From Mitosporidium daphniae (Eukaryota), in the NCBI RefSeq assembly GCF_000760515.2, contig NW_013546656.1:1-64000 (forward strand): DNA of 64,000 bases, read 5' to 3'. A program made the translations under genes and the position numbers. Position 1 is the stretch's first letter, and the number at the start of each line of letters is the position of its first letter. Of this stretch, positions 10,465-23,617 are shown in pieces. The notes beneath the pieces are model-generated. The model ran no database searches. It saw only the letters and a program-made list of their open reading frames with translations, and was not told the origin of the DNA.

Positions 10465-12980
10465 TCAGGCATAGGCCAGGAGCTCCTTGATCAGCGTCTT
10501 CCTGCATTCGATGATTGTCCTTGCCTTTGCAAATTGGACGGGGTCTTGCGCGTATTTTCCGTTCAACACGCTTAGATCTTCAAGGTCCAGCGACGAGGAA
10601 TCTTTGGCAAAAATGCTGCTTGTCGGTCCAAGGAATAAACATTCCGGTAACGCAGAAAGGATCTGCTTGACGACAGGCGAGCTGCACGAAACATATGGCT
10701 CCATTTGCTCGCGCAAATATCTCAGAGCCTCGGACTGGCTCTCTGTTGGAATGCGCCACTCCCCATCCGACTTTATCAAATGCGAAGAGGATATTTTTTC
10801 TAAAAACCTAACCCATTACATAGCTCGTTTACATGCACTGGCGGACCAGGACCTTCATTTCGGCTGCAAAATCGGATGGCCATTTTGGGTGCAGCGTCAA
10901 TTGCCACATGTCCGCCACTCTTTTGATTTCTTCGCCTTGCTCTTCGCTTTTGGCGCCAGAAGCAATTGTTCCACCAAAAAGCCACAGCATCTACAGCTAG
11001 AAAGCACTCGCGCTCTACCTGTGTGTCATCTCCAGCCAAATTGAAGGCATATCTCATGATGGGAGCGGAATTGTCGTTTCTCTCACTTGTCTCTTCAATG
11101 TTCATTTCGTCTATTTGCTGCCAAGAACCCCAGTTCGAATTTGTCTCCGAGCAGGGATCGAGGATCGTTTCGCGCCCAAACATGTGCAGAAATACCGAAA
11201 ATCGCGAGTTATCCTTTGAGGGCGCAAGCACCACGATCCGCCCGCCACCGCCATCGCTTCCACCTTTAAATAGATGTCCCTTCATGGAGAACGATGGCGA
11301 TTTTGTAAGGAAATCCAAGGTTTTCAGCGACTTTTTAAAGAAGTTCAAATTGGAAATATCAACAATCCGCTCCTCATCAAGATCGTAAATAACGGCATCG
11401 TGCATCTCTTCCAGATGCCTCTGGCCATTGATGATGATCAAAAGAGAATGAACCTCGTCGGCTCCATTTCTCATTTCGCCCAGAAACATCATGAAGGATA
11501 CTCGAGAGAGAAGCATTGAAGTTTCCTCGCTCAGGTCCGAAAGGTGCTGCTTCCATTTTTTAGTTGAAACGGAGAACGAGAAAAGACCTGAAAACATCGG
11601 CTGCAGTGTTGAAGAACTACACACGCGTCCGCCGAACACCCAAAGTATCCCTTTTCGCTCGTCAAAAACCATTTGGTGATCGTAAATAAGATCCGGGCCT
11701 CCGGCCAGCTATGGAGGAAAAGGAAAATGGCATACCTTGGTGTTTGTCGACAAAAGTTCCCATGTGAAGCTAGAGAGGTCGCACCGGTAAAAGTCACAAG
11801 AAGTGGATGCTTCTGATGAGTGCCTATCTGGTGAAAAGTACCGCCCAAGGCAATACATGAATCGTCCAGATGCATCGATGATGCATCTATGGACTGAGCG
11901 CGGGGAAGGGCCCCCTTCCACAGAGGTATCCGGGGATATCATTGTCCACCTCCTGGAGCTGCAATCGAAAGACCAAAAGTCTGCAAATTCCTTATTTCCA
12001 TCCCATCCACCAAAAAGCAAGAGGTTTTTGGTGACTCGATCATAAACCAGCTGATGACCTCCCCTTGCAGCGGGCCAGGGATCTCCGTCTTTTCTTTCAA
12101 TTTGAGTCCATTCAGATCTAAAAATCGAACGGAAACCCTGGCCGCTTTTGAGAACCTCAGGAGAGCAGACAGTTTCGATCTTCTTATCAAGTGTATCAAC
12201 ATCAAGCGGATCCAGTAGCGACGTGTTTCTGATTTCAAGGATCAGAGAGTAAAGATCTTTGCCGTATTTCATCTCCTCTATTTGATCATACAGATGATGG
12301 AAAAATTCTTCAAAATCCTTTTCGACCTTTATCCCGGGGGGCCGTTTAGGTAGCATCATTGCAGAAGAGGTGGCCAAGCAGCCCTTCATATACTGCGACT
12401 TTACATACCTTTCAAGAGATGCGGAAATCTGGGTTCGTTCCTGCGTACCCTTAAGTTGGACAAACCAGATGCCAAAATTGAAGCCTATGCCCCAAGTTGA
12501 GATGGGGACTATTTTTACAAATTGAACCGGATATATAAAGGAGGGTGTCGTTGTGGGGTCGATAAAATACCGCAGGGGAAAGGTCTCTGAAATCCCGTCG
12601 TTTTTTAATCCTTGATGCAGGGCTTCTCTCCATTCTCTCCCGTCCACGGAAACAAATACCTTGAACTCTTTCAAATTGCACACGTGTGGAAGATGGTATT
12701 TGCCAAACGTTATCTCCTGTACCGTAGCAAGGGGCAGCATCAACGAGCTTTGGGTCTTTGGGGCTATTCGCAGCGTTATAAACTGATTCAGGTCCTTGGC
12801 AGAGCTTGACCAGCGCGAGGCCTGATCTTGTGGATTGTTGAGCAGAATATTTGTGGGATGAAAGTCCTTCACATATCCCGAATAGTCATAGATGGAGATC
12901 GAAAGAATATCAAGCGGAGGTTGAGGCGAAGACGTCTTTGGAAGAGATGAAGAGAAAATATATGTTGCTTCAGTAACCAT
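10465..12980 (-). CDS. MKLN1: Muskelin-like protein (discoidin-like N-domain plus kelch repeats), multi-exon; the open frame extends to 13067
   Basis: FHPTNIL...DQASRWSS, ITFGKY..PHVCNLKEFKVF, GLKND..ETFPL, kelch PAARGGHQ..LLFGGWDG, PSPRSVH. Confidence 0.85.
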
Positions 12981-13219
12981 TTCCGGATAGTAAAGGTGGA
13001 TGGCAACCCAAATCAGTCCATTTAAATTCCATAAATTGCAAAATATTGCGGAGTAAAAAGTATGCATGTGATGAATGATACAAGGAGAATTGGCCGCTAA
13101 ATTTAATTGGGCCCTGTTGTTGGCATAATTTATTGTCTACAGACCGAGTTTGACGTGTGTAGTGTATTATTCGATGATGGTTGGTCGGTGTGTTGGGACG
13201 CTTGCTCATGCTGGTTGCC

Positions 13220-14358
13220 TTACTTGATTGCATGAGAAAGACATTTTTGCAAATGCTTAAACCAATCAGAAAAGTTGCTCCGGTCATAAGAAAAAACGGG
13301 AACGTCCGAAAATTGGCAAATCTTAACAAGCGGGATGGTGATAGAAATCCAGCCTCTGCAGTTCCTGCAGAAGGCTTCAAGGACTTGCTTTTTTTCGGGC
13401 TCAGCCCCACAATGCAGCGGCGAGGCTTTGACATAAAGAGGATCTGGATAAGGACGCCCCGTTTTAGACGAAATGCCGTGAGTAAAGTTCATGTGGTACC
13501 AATAAGTAGATCGTTTCAAGTTTAGCCATACCGGTGGACTACACAGTTCGCATCTGCCCTCGCGCTCGCTTCCACTTCCCCGCACAAAGGAAGGCTTGTA
13601 AAGATCGCCGGAAAACCGAGGAGTCTTTTTGTAAATCGACGATCTGCTTTCCAAGATTTGTTCTTGATTCAGGCATGAAGGAAACAAGATGGATTTTTCT
13701 AGGCAAATAAATCAAAATGGCGGTGCTTACCTGACGAAGAAGGCCCTGACGTGTTAGAAAGAGGGGGCGAAAGAGGCCTTCTGCGATTATTTTCGAAATC
13801 TTGAAACGGTTGGATGTTCTTGCCACAGTCACTAAGAATAGACTGTCCATTGTGCGAGACAGGAAAGCAATGCTGGCCAGTGCCCATTTGATCTGACGCT
13901 TTACAAAATGAGATCAAAGGTTCCACAGGGAGGCCGCCCTGATGGGAATTGCAGTTTATTTCTTTAAGAGGAGGTCGATTTGAATGGCTATAAACTTGCA
14001 ATGCAGCGGAGAATAACGACGGGGTTGCTGCCGATAAAGATGCCGATGGCGACGCAAAGGTACAAGGCATTTTTGATTTGGAGGTGTACAGTGCAGAAGC
14101 GTCGGTTGTGGGTGCAGATAATTCTGGAAAACTAGAGCAGCTGCTTTCACAGCTGCTCGTGGATTTGAATATGCTTTTGGCAGGAAACGCAATGTCGTGT
14201 TCAAAATATTCCAACCTTTCCCCGGGCTTGACATTCAAATTTATCGTCTGCTGCGCGCCATGGAAATCAGACGCAGAAAACAAGGGCGATGACGAATGAA
14301 TAAGGAAAATCGAAGATAGCTCGCTAATGTTCATAAAAATCCCGAGGCAGGAATGCAT
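13220..14358 (-). CDS. Protein with Rua1 C-terminal (DUF4451)-like Cys/His domain, putative transcription regulator
   Basis: DLYKPSFVRGSGSEREGRCELC...WLNLKRSTYWYHMNFTHGISSKTGRPYPDP, joined to a low-complexity exon by an intron near 13699-13730. Confidence 0.75.
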
Positions 14359-14560
14359 GAAATAACGGCCTCAATTGATCTGCATCATTGACATTGCCGA
14401 TCAGCATGATAGAGTTTGATTGTTAAATTTCCAATTTAGAACATCGAGGAATACAACAGATACCGCATTTTCTCAACGGCAGGCTGCAGGAAGGCCGCCT
14501 TTTGAGCCTCCATCTAAGGACATAAGTATGCAAACCCCGTACCAGAAGCAGAACAGATGA

Positions 14561-14962
14561 CTAAAAATCAAAAATCAAAAGCATACATACCGCCTTCACT
14601 AAACACTCTTCCATGCCGTTAAAGTCGAGCGAAAACTCGAATTTGGTGAAAAACAGCCTTTCATACGAAGCAAATTCGTAGCAAAGCTTCGCTTTGTCGT
14701 CAATAAGAGGGCATTTTTGGATCGCTTCGAGCGCCTCAACAAGGCATTTCAATGCAGAGGTGACAAGCTCCGCATATCCTTTAAGAAGCGTTTTCTTTTC
14801 CACTTCAACGGCACTTTCATTGGAGCGCTTGAGCAGCTTTGAAGCCCTCTCAGAGTATCGACTTGAAAGCTCCCAAAGAGCATAAATCAACTCTGGAGAT
14901 TCGTCCACATCGGCTGCATTGGGACATTTCGCTGCGCTAGCAATAGAGACATCATTGTTCAT
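14561..14962 (-). CDS. Hypothetical helical protein, weakly similar to a cohesin-loader Scc4/MAU2 N-terminus; further small exons probably run to about 14330
   Basis: YAELVTSALKCLVEAL...AKLCYEFA...MEECLVKA followed by a GTATGT...TAG intron. Confidence 0.4.
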   Translation of the reverse strand: MNNDVSIASAAKCPNAADVDESPELIYALWELSSRYSERASKLLKRSNESAVEVEKKTLLKGYAELVTSALKCLVEALEAIQKCPLIDDKAKLCYEFASYERLFFTKFEFSLDFNGMEECLVKAVCMLLIFDF

Positions 14963-15116
14963 AAAGGCAAATTGCGGTGCTTTGTGTAAAATTAAAAGAT
15001 TACAAGATTGCAAATGTACAAATGTACACAATTGCACAATGGAATATGAAGACTTCTTAAAGTTGCCGGATTTATAGCGTAGATATTGTGATTAAAATTT
15101 AATATTTTCCTACCCA

Positions 15117-15845
15117 ATGACACCTGAATAGTAGCGATTTTGAAAATAATCTCCTAGTGACTATCTTTTTAAGCTACTGTTGATTGGCGACTCTGGGGTT
15201 GGAAAGTCGTGCATTTTGCTTCGATTCTCGGTACTTTGGTCAGTCTTATTGTAGGATGACACATACACCGATAGCTACATCTCCACAATTGGCGTTGATT
15301 TTGTATGTATTTATTGGATGATCTTGATCAATCTTAGAAAATTAGAACAATCGAGCTTGATGGCAAAATCATCAAACTGCAGATCTGGGATACTGCGGGG
15401 CAAGAGCGTTTCAGGACCATCACCTCCAGCTACTATCGAGGTGCACATGGCATCATCGTGGTTTACGACGTCACAGACAGGGATACCTTTATGCATGTTC
15501 AGGACTGGCTGGAGGAGGTCGAAAAGTTTGCTTCCGAGGGCGTTAACAAGCTCCTTGTCGGCAACAAATCCGATCTGGCTTCAAAGCGCGCCGTAGTCTA
15601 TTCCGAAGCAGAGGCAAAATCCAGAGAGCTCGGAATCCCATTTCTCGAAACATCTGCAAAAAACTCGACAAATGTAGAGAGTGCCTTTCTAACTATGGCC
15701 ACAAAAATTAAAGACAGGTAGGCGACCGGCTCGGCCTCATTTTCATTCTAGAATCGGACCTGCTCTTCAGTCGGGACACCATTCTGGCCGAAATGTGAAT
15801 ATCTCTGCCGGCTCCAAGGTCGAGCTGTCCGGTGGATGCTGCTGA
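15117..15845 (+). CDS. YPT1: Rab1/Ypt1 small GTPase, 5 exons
   Basis: [62 protein letters not shown]-terminal GGCC; introns 15131-15157, 15231-15254, 15303-15337, 15718-15751. Confidence 0.97.
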
Positions 15846-15895
15846 TTGGAGAATTTCTAATAAAGAGAAAATGTTAAATCCAGATTTATTTGCGC

Positions 15896-16626
15896 TCAAA
15901 TGCACTGGGAAAGTAGAAAGGGACGAAGCCTTTGCTTCTTGATAAGCAAAATGATGTTTGGAAGATACAATGCAGTGACCTTGGCATGATCCCTATGCAC
16001 AGCAATGAAGTTGCTTGTCGGAGAAAGAGCATTTTGGTACGAGTGAACCATTGCATCACTGCTACCCAGAAAATCCTTTGAATCCAGAGAATGTTCAGTA
16101 ATGACGAACCCCAGTTGCTCGGCAAACTTGATGGCGTCTTTTGGGTATGAACCGTATGGTAGCCTCACGTACTTGACGTCATAATTCAGGATGTCTTTTA
16201 TCATTTGTCTGTCCGCCTCGAGAAGAGACCTGAAATGAGAGGGCGGAATTCTCCCTATATTTTCTATCTAGAAAAAGAATAACCAACATATAGATACATA
16301 TGGGGCGTATCGAATGCCAAGCAAATGTCCTTCCGAAATTATTCTTTTTGCAATAGCCGCAGCCTTGGGATCATGGAGTATTGAAGTGGATACATGGAAG
16401 GTTGCTTTGATCCCGGCATCCCTTAAATGCTTCAGTATCACCGGTGTGAATTTTCTGAAAATGAGCGGCAAAACCTAAATTACTTTGAAGGGCCCTCATC
16501 GAACGTCACTGCAACTGTGCCAGGTTTCCTGCAATTTGAAATAATTTTGCACAGCACTTGATTTGGGAAAAACAGCAAAAAGCCGATCACACCAAAGTAG
16601 AAAACATGCATTGTATAAAAAATCAT
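15896..16626 (-). CDS. Secreted CE4/NodB polysaccharide (chitin) deacetylase-like protein with degenerate catalytic motifs
   Basis: Hydrophobic leader, C..PGTVAVTFDEGPS, IKATFH, EGHLLG, YVRLPYGSY, LDSKDF, IAVHRD; two micro-introns. Confidence 0.85.
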
Positions 16627-16927
16627 TGCAATCCAGGATCATCATTTGGGCATCACCAATGCGACCACCGTAATCCACAACAATAACAACAAAGATGCCA
16701 ATCTAAACTCGCGCGGGGAACTTCCATTTTGCTTCAATTTACCAAGTGCGCTGGTTTCGCTTAAATTTTAATAAAGAGACATTTCATCGGGGCTTGACCC
16801 TAACCTTTGGAGGTGTCAATTGATATTTTGGGAAATACACAGCCAATTTGATTCAATTTGATGCAAATGCGTCCCGGTGCCTCTTCATATAAGCGGACTT
16901 CCCGTTATGGTTGGCGTATTTATTGAG

Positions 16928-19638
16928 ATGGAAAACAATAGCCGTTTATCTCGCGTACCCATTAGGCTCCTCTATTCGAGCAAAAATCCGAATCCCAACA
17001 AAAAAGCGCATGGGAGGCACTATTGTTCTGTTTGGATGGTTTTTAGCTATATACTGACATTTTGGGCGATCCCCCCTATCCTTTCCTGGGTCGGAGGGAT
17101 GAAGGATCTCGCCTCGCAGCGGGCATTCAGGGAAAAGATATCTCTTTGTTTTATCATTTTGTGTCTGTGTGCAATGGTAGCCTTTTTGACGTTTTTTCTT
17201 CCGATTTTATTGTGTCCCCCTAAAAAATATATCGAATCTTCCATAGGATACCAAGAGGCAATGGTGGGGCACTTTGTATGGGCTTATGGCAAAGCGTATG
17301 AGCCCTCGCAAATTTCCTCGTATTTTCCAACGCTACAGATGCCGCAGAGTGGCGATATTTCGTTCCTTTTTCCTCCAAAGGGCCAATGCGGCACCTATTC
17401 AAACCCCTTTTTTAAATCAGATCTAGAAAATGCGCAGCTTTCCTCGGCTCGTACCTTGATGTTTGAATGGGAGGATCTGGTTTCTGCATCTGGAAAGCTA
17501 GTTGCCATCAATGGGCTTGTCGTTAACATAACGACCATTCAACTTGCACAAGAAATACCACCAGGATCCGACGCCTCGCTTTCCTTTGCTAACAATCGCA
17601 TGTCAAACCAAACAGAGTGCCTTTTCAGCAGATTTGAAGTGGGGATTCTTTCCAAAGACAGCCCGGGCTGCTTTTTTGCAAAAGTTATTCTTGCAATCTC
17701 GCTATTTACCATTGCCTTTGTGGTTCTTTTGCGATTCTTTATGGCCGTCATATTTGATTGGTTTTTATCAACAAAAATTTCGCCTCAAAAGAAGAAAAGC
17801 AGCTCTTATGGAAAGCAAAAGTCCTCCTCAACCAGACTGGCGTCAATATATGCGCCATCTGCCGCTGGAGATGCATCGAGCCCCAAATTTTGTTCTTCAA
17901 GCGCAGATTTAACGGCAACAGCACCTTCTGATTCTGCTCTTTCGTCTCTAAGGCAGGACCGAATTTTCTCTCTAATTTCCCCGGCCCTTAATCGGTCAGC
18001 CAGCTCCATTCCTACGACAAAGATTTCTTCAACCGACGACATGTACGTATTGCTTTTGGTCACCTGCTATTCGGAGGGCAAGGACGCAATCGTAACTACA
18101 CTTGACTCTCTCTGTGAGGCCGAATATGATGACGAAAAAAGACTTTTACTTGTCGTTGCTGACGGTATAGTAACGGGATCTGAAAATGCCAACTCCACGC
18201 CGGACATCCTTCTTTCTCTGATGAGCAGCGACACAATTGCTTTCCAACTAAGGTCCTCCACTGGATCGAGCAGCTTTCCCGCCACATACGACTCGATTGG
18301 GGAGGGAATGCGCAGTTCAAATGGGGCTCTCGTTTACGCTGGATACTATGGTTCCACACGTGGAACGGGGGCAAGAATCCCGATGCTTTTAATTGTCAAA
18401 ACGGGGATCAATTCATCTGAAATCGCCCATTCTAACCGTCCTGGAAATCGCGGGAAAAGAGATTCTCAGGTAGGAGGAGGAGCATCTTTTCTTGTAGATA
18501 ATTTTGATCCACTTTTTGATACGCGTATTGTTTGATGATCGAATGACAGAGCTTGATTACGCCATTTTCAATTCAATCTTCATACTTCTCGGGGTCACTG
18601 CAGACCTTTTTGAGGCGGTCTTGATGGTTGATGCGGACACCAAAGTTGATAAGCGGGCATTGAGAATCCTTGTCAATGCACTTCAAGCAGACTCTATGAT
18701 TATGGGGCTCTGTGGGGAGACGCGCATTTCCAACAAGAGAGAATCATGGGTCACCATGATCCAGGTCTTTGAATACTACATAAGCCATCATCTTGGAAAA
18801 GCCTTTGAGAGTGTATTTGGCGGTGTTACTTGCCTTCCCGGCTGCTTTTGCATGTATAGGATTAAGGTACTGGCCATCGGCTTTGCTGATTTAATAGGCA
18901 CCAAAGAATGGGGGTTGGGTTCCTCTCTTGGCGAGCCCCGAAGTTGCGATAAAATATGCGGAAAACAAAACCGACACCCTTCACAAGAAGAACCTGCTGC
19001 TTCTCGGGGAAGACAGATATCTATCCACCCTGCTTTTAAAGTCCTTTCCAAAGCGAAAGCTGATGTTCGTCCCAGATGCATTGTGTCGCACCGTGGTCCC
19101 ATCAAAATTTTCCATTCTTCTTTCACAGCGGCGAAGATGGATAAACTCCACCATTCATAATCTCCTGGAATTGCTGCTTGTCCGAGATCTTTGTGGAATA
19201 TTTTGCTGCAGCATGCAATTTGTTGTTTTTATGGAGCTAATTGGGACGCTGGTCCTTCCAGCAGCAATCACGTTTACCGCAATTTTGGTTGTCGTTTCAA
19301 TTTCCGATCCAGTGGCGGCTGCTGTCCCTTTGGCACTATTGGCATTGATATTGGGATTGCCGGCTATCCTGATACTGATCACGACAAGGAAATTTGTGTA
19401 CATCGGTTGGATGTTAATATATTTGCTTGCCCTTCCCATATGGAATTTTGTTCTTCCATTATATGCGTATTGGCACTTTGATGATTTTAGTTGGGGCGAG
19501 ACTCGGAAAGTTGCACCGCAAAAAGAAGTGTTAAAGGATACCTCGGAGAATCACACTGATGCAAATTCTGAAGTGAAAATCGTCATGAAGCGATGGTGTG
19601 AATGGACGAAGCATCTCTATTTGTGCGATAGCCAATAA
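16928..19638 (+). CDS. Chitin synthase (division 2, class IV-like)
   Basis: [83 protein letters not shown]; introns 18470-18497 and 18867-18897. Confidence 0.97.
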
Positions 19639-19813
19639 ATAATTAAATGCATCATGCGGACCGCACTCCTAAACAGGCACTTCATTAGCGACTTGAGCGT
19701 AGCAATTCTAAATCTTCAATTTCTTTGTCCATCAAGCTCTTTTGGCATTTTAGGTTTTATTTTCGCGAGTTTCCTGGAGCCCCCTATTTACTAAGGTTCT
19801 GATTTTGAGGAAC

Positions 19814-20384
19814 CTAGAGATAAATTAGCCCGGGACAGCATTCAATTATGCCGCTTTCCCTTCGTGTGGTTTCTGTTATTACGACTCGATTGCGTTCTGA
19901 CCCGGTTGTGTTTGGCTGGGCTTCGGCTTTTTCTCGCTGCTCATATTTGTATCGACATCGTTTGACTTGGGCTTGGAGCTTATTTAAATTTGCATAGAAA
20001 GGGAAGACATTGGATCGGCCTACGAGCTTTATTGTTTCCAAAAGAAGCTTTGCAGAAATAGACCACAAACAAACGGACGCCAAAAAAAAACCAAGATCAC
20101 GACAGTGATAAATGGCGATAAAGACGCTCATCCGCGCGTTCTTATGCATACTGCAGGAAAATGTGATAAAGGCAAAGGAACCAAGATACAAAACAGTGCG
20201 AAATTCTTTGAACAGCCCCAGCAGGCCTTGTGCACTGACAGGACCGCTTGACAAATATAATGGGTTGAACATGTATGCTTTACGCAAAAAGGCCACTATG
20301 GCACGTCCAGCGAAAAATGTACTTTAAGGGCTTGCTATAAATATGGATTGGTCGCCCTTCATCCTTCTCTTCGTCCCCAGCCAT
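19814..20384 (-). CDS. Hypothetical small membrane protein (tentative multi-exon model)
   Basis: MAGDEEKDEG... can be joined by two GT-AG micro-introns around a 12-nt exon to the 160-aa ORF, which has hydrophobic segments. Confidence 0.35.
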
Positions 20385-20599
20385 CAAAGTTGGGGGAAAG
20401 TGAGAAAAAGTACGTGCCAATGACCCGAAGACGAATATATTTCAACATGCGATAGATTATAGCACTATTTTTTGTTTCGAATTTTATTTTTCAAGTGACA
20501 TTTCGGCACTCCTAAAAGGCTCGGAAAGAACCGACTAAATCCCAAAGCGGTCAAAAGTTTGGATACCATCCATTAATTATCGGTTCATAGTCGCAAGCC

Positions 20600-21400
20600 T
20601 ACAGTCTTGATCATCCAATTCCAAGAATGGTTACAAAAATTAAAGACTTTTTATAAGCAGCACAACAGTTGCACCATGGCAAGAAGCTCTAAAATCCGGC
20701 CAGAAAATTCGTGGCAAACAGGAAAAAGACCGAAGCGGCGACTTTTTTTAAAAAATAGCCCATACCGCTTTTTGCAATGGCACGTACGATGGCTCATCCG
20801 TCAGTATAATGAGGACTCATACAGGTCTTCTGCTCGGGATTCCTAGCAACACCGATATGAGTGTCATTCGTATTATCGATCTGGTGCCACTGCTTGGGTC
20901 TGGAAATTAATGCCTGTATGCATTTAACCTGCTTCCAGAGATGCACATCCTCAATTTCAGTTCAAATATTGGCTCTGAAAACGCAACATCCGATCTCTAC
21001 ATTGCCACTGGCCTGAATATTAGTATCTCTGACGCCGCCTTTACTGTTTAAAATGACTCTATCTCAACTTTTGCCCAATGAACCACCTATGATCTTTGAG
21101 CCACCAATGCTAATATTGCCCTCGTTAAGCAAAACGATCTCCAAAAGCAAACGATCTCACTTCATAGAGATACAGCTTTGATGGCTGACTTTGCGTTGCC
21201 TTGAATGTTTCTGTTGGAATTTAGAGCTTGGGCGTTGACACTAGTTTAGTTTATGCACAAACGGATATTTTTTCGTTTCGCTGTGCTCAGTTTATCAACC
21301 TCTCTTGAAAAATGCTATTGCCAACGTCCCAGATGTGGGCCTACTTGATATGGACCGACTCTCAACAAAGACTTCGCGTGGAAATGCTACCATCTGCCTA
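20600..21400 (+). pseudogene. Possible decayed LTR-retroelement gag/protease relic
   Basis: No long ORF; frameshifted IID(S)GAT-like motif at 20872-20891 and LLDMDRL at 21341-21361. Confidence 0.25.
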
Positions 21401-21778
21401 TGCAAAGATGCAAATATCAGCATTTTCTATGGGTCATTGAGCACTGTGCTGGTGCTGCCATTATAAATCTCGTTAAGAATATCATTAAAAGAATTTCATT
21501 TTTGAAAGCAACTTTATTGAAAAGAACGCTTTTTTGTGAAGAAGGCCGTTGCTGCTGGCCTTCTGCGTCCCAAAAAGATGCAAAAAATCGGTAATCTTTA
21601 CGGAATGGAAAAAACTTGGGTACAATAAAACCCACACCTTTTAGGCATCAGAATTTTGTATCGTGTCCACTTTATGTGTACCGCTGTGTTGTGTAGCGAT
21701 AATTTTCATACCCATGTGTGCATCAAAGCCACCGAGTTGCCAATTAATTGCTCCCTTTGATTAATTGCAAAATTTTTT

Positions 21779-23617
21779 ATGCAGGCCGCCTTTTTTGACT
21801 TTCAACAGGCCTCAGGCCACCAACTGGCTTCGTTTTACGATCCATTTTCTGTTTCTAAGGTTCCTGCTGAGATCTCAAAATGTCTGTTAGAGCTTGAATC
21901 CGGATTTGTAAGCCCCATGCTCGCTAATGGATAATTAGGGGCTGGCAAATGCCACATGCGAGGCCATTCTTCAGGCCATTCCCCCGGTGTTGCAAATATT
22001 TTCCTCATCAACGTATGCTCCTGAAGGTTCAGATCCCAGCTCTTATAAGGAATTTATTCTCATCTATACAATGTGGTATGTTCATGTCAAGTTTTTCTAC
22101 CAATCGCCCCTTTATCGATTGATATCGGAAGCATCGCTTTTATCGGCTTCTGAATGGAGTGCCAAGTATGGGCAATTTCTTAGCCCCGCAAACAAGGCGT
22201 TGGCTTCCGGATCTCTTCTGCTGATTGTGCGAGTCCTGCTTGACTCGCTTTCCACCATTCTTAAGCGCTTGGCTTCGGGCTCTGAAAATTCCAATTTATA
22301 TGCTCAAATAAAGTCCCTCTCAAGAACCATTCAAGTTGCCCTACGAAGGGTAAGTTTCATTTTGCTGTCAATTCTAGCTGAACCGTTTGGAAACAACTTC
22401 AAGCGACAACTTGCTCGCGTATTTCAACTATCTTCAAGGCACATATCCAATGCCAAGCGTCGATTCCGTGGGCACCGAGGACTCTGACGACAATTTGTGC
22501 TCCTTGGAAAGTGCTTCGCAAAGGCTATATGAAATTGAGGCCCATTTACTGAGGGAGTATTGTAAATTATTGTCTAAAATTTTCTCCATCACCATCAATG
22601 ACCGCTCCCTTGTTTCCTCCGAGAAGCAGTCTGTAACCCTATTCTCTGGCGCTGCGCTATTGGAATTTTACGCAAAGGTGTGGCTCTCCATTTTTTGATT
22701 TCTTTACCTTCATAGCTTTCTCGTACTCGTATGTGTACACCTGTCTTCAGATCGATCGAGAATTCATCTTCAACCAATCTCAATGACTTTCCCACGAAGG
22801 ATCGCGTGTACTGGTACTTTAATCGAGCTAGGCTTTTCATTGTGGAGGCCAATTATTTTCGCGCCAAGGAGAATCTAGCCAATGCATTCCACTTGCTGGC
22901 TCCCCAGTTTTCATTTAAAATGGCCAATTCGTCGAGATTTCGAAATTTCTTAAAAATCACCTGCCTTTTACTCCCTCTCGAGTATTTTTACTCAAATAAG
23001 GTGCTATCTCCGGCAATCTTATCTCAAATTGCCGCATGCAGTGGTTCCAACTCGACTTGCTTCTCCACGATTCGATCGGTTAATGCCTTTCTCTCACTAA
23101 AAGACTGCTTCTTGAAATTGTTTTCTTCCATCAAGAATGGAGACATCATCTCATTCTCGGTGTTTCTTAGCCAATACGAGTCTGTTTTACAATCCAGACA
23201 TCTGTATCAGCTTTTTGTTTTCCTGTTCAAGCCTATGCTTCTTGCAAATTTCACAAAGAAAATGTAACACCATCGCCACTTTCCCTTTTACTTTGTAGAT
23301 ATTTATTTACGCGAAGAGAGGACCCTCCGGAAAATAGGCTTCCCATTTCACACATCCTTACTGCGATCGCGATGATCCAAAAGGACCTTTCCAGATGTTC
23401 AGATTGCGCAAAATCCGTTGCATGGACGATTTTCCCATTTCTCGATACCACGAGGCCGCACTGTCTTAATTTCGAAGTCGAAGCGCTCATTTCAATGCTA
23501 ATATCCAACGGGCTCATCAAGGGCTATCTTCACCATGAAAAGAGGGTTTTGGTCCTCAGCAAGGTCAATCCTTTCCCGCCATCTTCATCTTCCTCTTACA
23601 TGATGCACTCACAATGA
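21779..23617 (+). CDS. PCI-domain protein, PCID2/Csn12/Thp1-like, multi-exon
   Basis: FPTKDRVYWYFNRARLF...AKENLANAF; EVEALISMLISNGLIKGYLHHEKRVLVLSKVNPFP. Confidence 0.8.

Noticed and set aside
16653..16727. Short Cys-rich upstream ORF (MEVPRASLDWHLCCYCCG...) before the CE4 gene
   Set aside because: Only 24 codons; the Cys run derives from a TGT/TTG low-complexity tract and there is no other support
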